Of a stretch of 64,000 bases of DNA, positions 61,510-64,000 are shown piece by piece. The stretch is from Candidatus Binatia bacterium. Lineage in GTDB: Bacteria > Desulfobacterota > Binatia > UBA9968 > CAXXLF01. The translations under genes were made by a program, and so were the position numbers. Location: assembly GCA_963664015.2 (NCBI GenBank), contig CAXXLF010000001.1, forward strand, positions 768,001 to 832,000, read 5' to 3'. Below the pieces are notes generated by a model that saw only the letters and a list, made by a program, of their open reading frames with translations, made no database searches and had not been told where the DNA came from. The first letter of the stretch is position 1, and each line of letters opens with the position of its first letter.

Positions 61510-61830
61510 TCAAGGTCAGCAGACACCGTCAGGGGAAAGGCCCAAGCAGCCAGCGCCTTTGAGTCTGCCCTGTCGCGTTTACTGGTGCTGCGCGAGGCCT
61601 ATCCTCAACTCAAATCGAACGAGTCCTTTATCAAGCTCCAGGACCAGCTTGCGGGTACTGAGAACCGACTAGCCGTTCAATGCAAGCGTTACGATGATGC
61701 CGTCAGAGAACTCAACACCTTCAGACGAAAGCTGCTTGGACGAATCTATGCGGGCCTCGCTGGCGTGGAGCAGGCCTAATGCTTTAAAATGACAGAGGCA
61801 GTGCGGATTGTCCCAAGGGTAAAGTTCTGA
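61510..61830 (+). pseudogene. lemA: LemA family C-terminal remnant with premature stop
   Basis: SALSRLLVLREAYPQLKSNESFIKLQDQLAGTENRLAV..; TAA 61777-61779, then in-frame ..VPRVKF*. Confidence 0.8.
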
Positions 61831-61860
61831 ACCGTTCCAACGAGAGTAAGCCGATTCATA

Positions 61861-62085
61861 CTAGTTCAGTCCCATACCAATCACTAGACCGATCGCAATA
61901 CCCAGCGCAATAAATATAGACCCCACTACAATTCCCACAGCTATATTCTGTTCCGCTAACTGCTTCGACGTATCGAATGGAGTCATCTTGTCAAAGATCT
62001 TATAACCCATGAACATGAACCCCAGCGTTATCAAGGCGCCAACTATGGCGTACGCTAGGTTCAACAATGTGATGAAAATTTCCAT
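61861..62085 (-). CDS. DUF350-like small membrane protein
   Basis: IFDKMTPFD...NIAVGIVVG, two TM helices. Confidence 0.75.
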   Translation of the reverse strand: MEIFITLLNLAYAIVGALITLGFMFMGYKIFDKMTPFDTSKQLAEQNIAVGIVVGSIFIALGIAIGLVIGMGLN

Positions 62086-62660
62086 TACCTCAACACCCCT
62101 TTGATCGTATGGATTTTTGCAACATAGCCAATGGTCTCTTTACTGTGTCGGCCTGTGACGTGAGGCAAAGTCTGCTCTATAGACCTCCACAAGTTGCGGC
62201 TCAGCCCCTTCTTCTTTGCAACCCTTTGTGCCTTAATAATATTGCCTTTGCCAGCGTTGAAAGACGCGAACATGAAATTAATGCGGTCTTGCCACGGGCG
62301 TTTGCCCTTCCACGCCTTCCACAGCGTCCTGTCATAATAAATCCCTGCAGCGATATTCCAACGTGGTTGTTCTCTCGTGCCTTTAATACTTGGGTTCTTC
62401 CTCCGAATTTCTTCAAAAGTCTTGGGCATAATTTGCATAACACCTAGTGCACCCACGCGTGATCTGGCTTTTGCTCGCAATCTCGATTCTGCAACAGCTT
62501 GAGCCTTGAAGTACTTCCAATCAAAACCTGGGCCAAAAAATCTCTTTGAATATTTTGAGAAATATTTATCATAGGTGACTACCCTGTTATATCGCTGAAA
62601 AGCGTGAGCGTAGTAGGGTATGAGCAGCAGTACAACTATGAGAACGAATCTTTTCATCAT
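62085..62660 (-). CDS. Lytic transglycosylase (SLT/MltF-like domain), secreted
   Basis: AQAVAES, GALGVMQIMP, ASFNAG, ETIGYV. Confidence 0.9.
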   Translation of the reverse strand: MMKRFVLIVVLLLIPYYAHAFQRYNRVVTYDKYFSKYSKRFFGPGFDWKYFKAQAVAESRLRAKARSRVGALGVMQIMPKTFEEIRRKNPSIKGTREQPRWNIAAGIYYDRTLWKAWKGKRPWQDRINFMFASFNAGKGNIIKAQRVAKKKGLSRNLWRSIEQTLPHVTGRHSKETIGYVAKIHTIKGVLR

Positions 62661-62893
62661 TGTTTTTTCTTCAGACGTTGTTCGCCTTCTGCCACCGAGC
62701 CGGTAGGGTCATACCCGTGCTCATCTCGTGTCTCCTCAAGATGGCTTCCTTCGTTCCCCCCTCCGTTGGCCTCACATTACGCTAGAAGCCACTCAATGAT
62801 AGGGGAGGCTCATGCTTATTAGTCTGTGACTAAGAGACCAATATCACAGGGGGAAGGGTTGTCAACCATTCCAGCATGCAATTAAACGACGCT

Positions 62894-63145
62894 TTAATTG
62901 CGTTTGGCGCCATTTGGCCGGCTAAATTTGCTGGGTTTGGGTTGTCGTGGCTAACCACTACTCCTCTAAGAGAAAAGCATTGGTCCGAGATAGAGGCCGA
63001 TCATAAAGCAGAGCCAGCCAAGGATAGGCCTTTCTGCCCACTTAAGCCCGATCAGAACCAAACTCATTTAGTGTCACTTCTAGGTGGGCTAGGACCCGTT
63101 CTGGGCATGGATTTGCTCTGCATCAGGCCGCCAGGACGCAATTAA
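62894..63145. mobile_element. MITE-like element bounded by inverted repeats
   Basis: TTAATTGCGTTTGGCGCC at 62894 and GGCCGCCAGGACGCAATTAA ending at 63145. Confidence 0.4.
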
Positions 63146-63220
63146 TGAGCGAATGAATTGCGTCTTATACGGTTTTGGAGAAGAAAACGGCGGCATGGTC
63201 TGGACCGCCGCCAGTATAGT

Positions 63221-63394
63221 CATAGTAGTATCCAGATCACAGTGGACACCTACGGTCACCTAGTCCCCGGAGGCAACAGACAGGCCGTTGATAAGCTAGA
63301 TGACGTGGAACAAGGGACAGAACTGGTAGAGACTGAACAGGGTGGGCACAAAATGGTCACAGAGCAGCTTGATAGAATGGCAGATGATGCGTAA
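63221..63394 (+). pseudogene. Tyrosine integrase C-terminal remnant
   Basis: HSSIQITVDTYGHL (box II with catalytic Tyr), converging on the tRNA 3' end. Confidence 0.75.
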
Positions 63395-63408
63395 GCCATT
63401 GAAAGATA

Positions 63409-63485
63409 TGGTGCGCCCGGAGGGATTCGAACCCCCGACCTACAGATTCGAAGTCTGCCGCTCTATCCAACTGAGCTACGGGCGC
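63409..63485 (-). tRNA. tRNA-Arg(TCG)
   Basis: GCGCCCGTAGCTCAGTTGGATAGAGCGGCAGACTTCGAATCTGTAGGTCGGGGGTTCGAATCCCTCCGGGCGCACCA; 77 nt with encoded CCA. Confidence 0.97.
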
Positions 63486-63489
63486 GTGG

Positions 63490-64000
63490 TGAGAATTAGA
63501 GGGTTTCTTCCTTGTATATAAGGTCCCAGTTTTTCTTTCCTGGATTCAACCGTTTGACCTGATCAAACGCCCGGAAGACTTCCTTCACCCCCCGCAGCCC
63601 GCGCTGTTCCCGGAGGATCTTGAAGAGGTATTCTCCCCTCTTCACACGATACACCTGACCACCCTGCGGCTCATTGTCGATTCGATGCTGAGGATCTCAT
63701 CGGGTTGAATGGGGATAAAGAGCAGGTCTCCAACTCTGAGAATATTGGGATCCTTGATCTGAGGATTCAGGGAACCGACCAGGACCACGTAACGCCGGAA
63801 GTCCTGTCCCGAAAGCCCCTGCTCATTTACGAGGATCCGCCACAGGGTATCCCCTGGAACGATTTGTCGTTCCTTTCCCTGAATCGACCGGCCCTCGTGC
63901 TCACGCTCCTTGACGGTCTTACGCAAGTGGATGGTCGCTCGACCCTGGGAAATATAGTTGTCCGGTGTCTCCTGGCCCAAACCGGGGTCCATCCAGACCA
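63490..64000 (-). pseudogene. LysM-repeat protein, partial and frameshifted
   Basis: IVPGDTLWRIL..LNPQIKDPNILRVGD; second LysM YRVKRGEYLFKIL..LNP in another frame, running into the tRNA. Confidence 0.6.

Noticed and set aside
1-63400. Second att site (repeat of the tRNA-Arg 3' end) delimiting an island
   Set aside because: No copy noticed by eye within the window; island extent cannot be defined

Overview
Bacterial chromosomal region. It is GC-rich and Deltaproteobacteria/Binatota-like in gene content, although the taxon is an inference. It is dominated by an expanded aromatic/heterocycle catabolic toolkit: 8 UbiD-family (prFMN-dependent) decarboxylase loci (one partial, one pseudogene), 4 Rieske oxygenase alpha subunits, and 5 paralogous FbpA/AfuA-like solute-binding proteins with a single ATPase/permease pair. 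It also carries a dihydrodiol-type dehydrogenase, LigB-type and gentisate-type ring-cleavage dioxygenases, a meta-cleavage hydrolase, paired class III CoA transferases, two diiron four-helix proteins, a deiodinase-like redoxin and an atypical PanB. No UbiX and no oxygenase reductase/ferredoxin is visible in the window. Other content: a plant-type thrC-metB pair, one DDE insertion sequence with an unexplained 33-bp copy of its own coding sequence just outside its left end, two MITE-like inverted-repeat elements, a possible degenerate c-di-GMP-I-like RNA, tRNA-Arg(TCG) next to an integrase remnant, and about 15 pseudogenes or gene fragments. The best candidates for an undescribed system are the repeated Rieske-UbiD(-SBP) cassettes (especially 45.8-55.4 kb, ending in a PanB-fold protein lacking its catalytic Glu) and the IS with a self-matching flank.
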